From positions 1-32,000 of the IMG/VR virus record IMGVR_UViG_3300045988_148646: DNA of 32,000 bases; one strand, written 5' to 3'. The DNA is from a virus. Made by a program: the position numbers and the translations under genes. Positions 31,625 through 32,000 of this stretch are shown here, piece after piece. The notes under the pieces were generated by a model that saw only the letters and a list, made by a program, of their open reading frames with translations, was not told where the DNA came from and did not search any database. Within the stretch, counting starts at the first letter, position 1. Each line of letters begins with the position of its first letter.

Positions 31625-31858
31625 TTAAATCCACTCCAGTTCCTTTAATTGTTGTTGAATTGCTTTAAATTCATCTACAGTGATGTTTTTAGCTTCATAT
31701 TCAAGCTGAGCGTAAAATGCATGGTCGCTTAAATAAAATTCGATTACAATATAGTCTCCGAGTATTCCACCATCTATTACATATCGAATCGATTCTTTAC
31801 AATCAATAAACTCATAACCTAGTTTTTCAAACATTTCTCTAGCAGTCATTAAATCCAC
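31625..31858 (-). CDS. Paralog-family protein
   Basis: 77 aa: MDLMTAREMFEKLGY...LKELEWI. Confidence 0.7.
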   Translation of the reverse strand: MDLMTAREMFEKLGYEFIDCKESIRYVIDGGILGDYIVIEFYLSDHAFYAQLEYEAKNITVDEFKAIQQQLKELEWI

Positions 31859-32000
31859 CCCAATTCTTCACTCTGTTGTTGAACCGCTTTTAACTCATTT
31901 GCAGTTAAACTTTTTGTTTGATTTGCCATTCCACATGCCATATACGAATAAAAAATTTTATCTTTTAAATTAAATTGAATTATGTGACGCATAATACTTC
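31849..32000 (-). CDS. Paralog-family protein, 3' part only (truncated by the window edge)
   Basis: Hand translation gives ..SIMRHIIQFNLKDKIFYSYMACGMANQTKSLTANELKAVQQQSEELGWI*. It shares the 10-nt overlap junction seen at 30877-30886. Confidence 0.65.
   Translation of the reverse strand, partial: SIMRHIIQFNLKDKIFYSYMACGMANQTKSLTANELKAVQQQSEELGWI
31888..32000. repeat. About 110-bp near-identical DNA repeat, copy B
   Basis: See copy A. Confidence 0.8.

Overview
This is an AT-rich (about 30% GC by eye) siphovirus-type phage or prophage segment from a low-GC Firmicute. All functional calls come from motif and architecture recognition and from synteny; no database search was run.

Gene order on the minus strand, read right to left:
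- 32000-29832: small early-region genes, including a tandem paralog family.
- 29646-29179: a candidate late regulator resembling sigma-70 region 4.
- 29182-27136: a moron-like block with two paralogous lipoproteins, two small genes saturated with an AAAACTT motif array, and an orphan HExxH peptidase.
- 23482-124: a complete late operon. It runs HNH, TerS, TerL, portal, prohead protease, HK97-type capsid, connectors, major tail protein, G/GT chaperone (-1 frameshift on an A9 run), tape measure, Dit, Tal, baseplate and tailspike. An unexplained 8-gene accessory block follows (4387-1196), then holin and CHAP endolysin.

Two other units sit between the moron block and the late operon:
- 24424-27139: a convergent plus-strand six-gene island, driven by a consensus sigma-A promoter and opening with a small RHH gene that appears to use an ATT start.
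- 23594-24423: a repeat-dense non-coding region with a GC-rich island, 2 long repeats, 3.3 copies of a 22-bp iteron and a strong terminator. It is probably cos and/or an origin.

Most notable observations:
- The accessory block between tailspike and holin.
- The cos-proximal plus-strand island.
- The AAAACTT array, which ignores reading frame.
- An identical 19-mer palindromic operator in front of both the packaging and lysis units.
- A 44-codon -1 frame extension reachable from an A10 run at the capsid stop.

No integrase, tRNA, rRNA, CRISPR or reverse transcriptase was seen.
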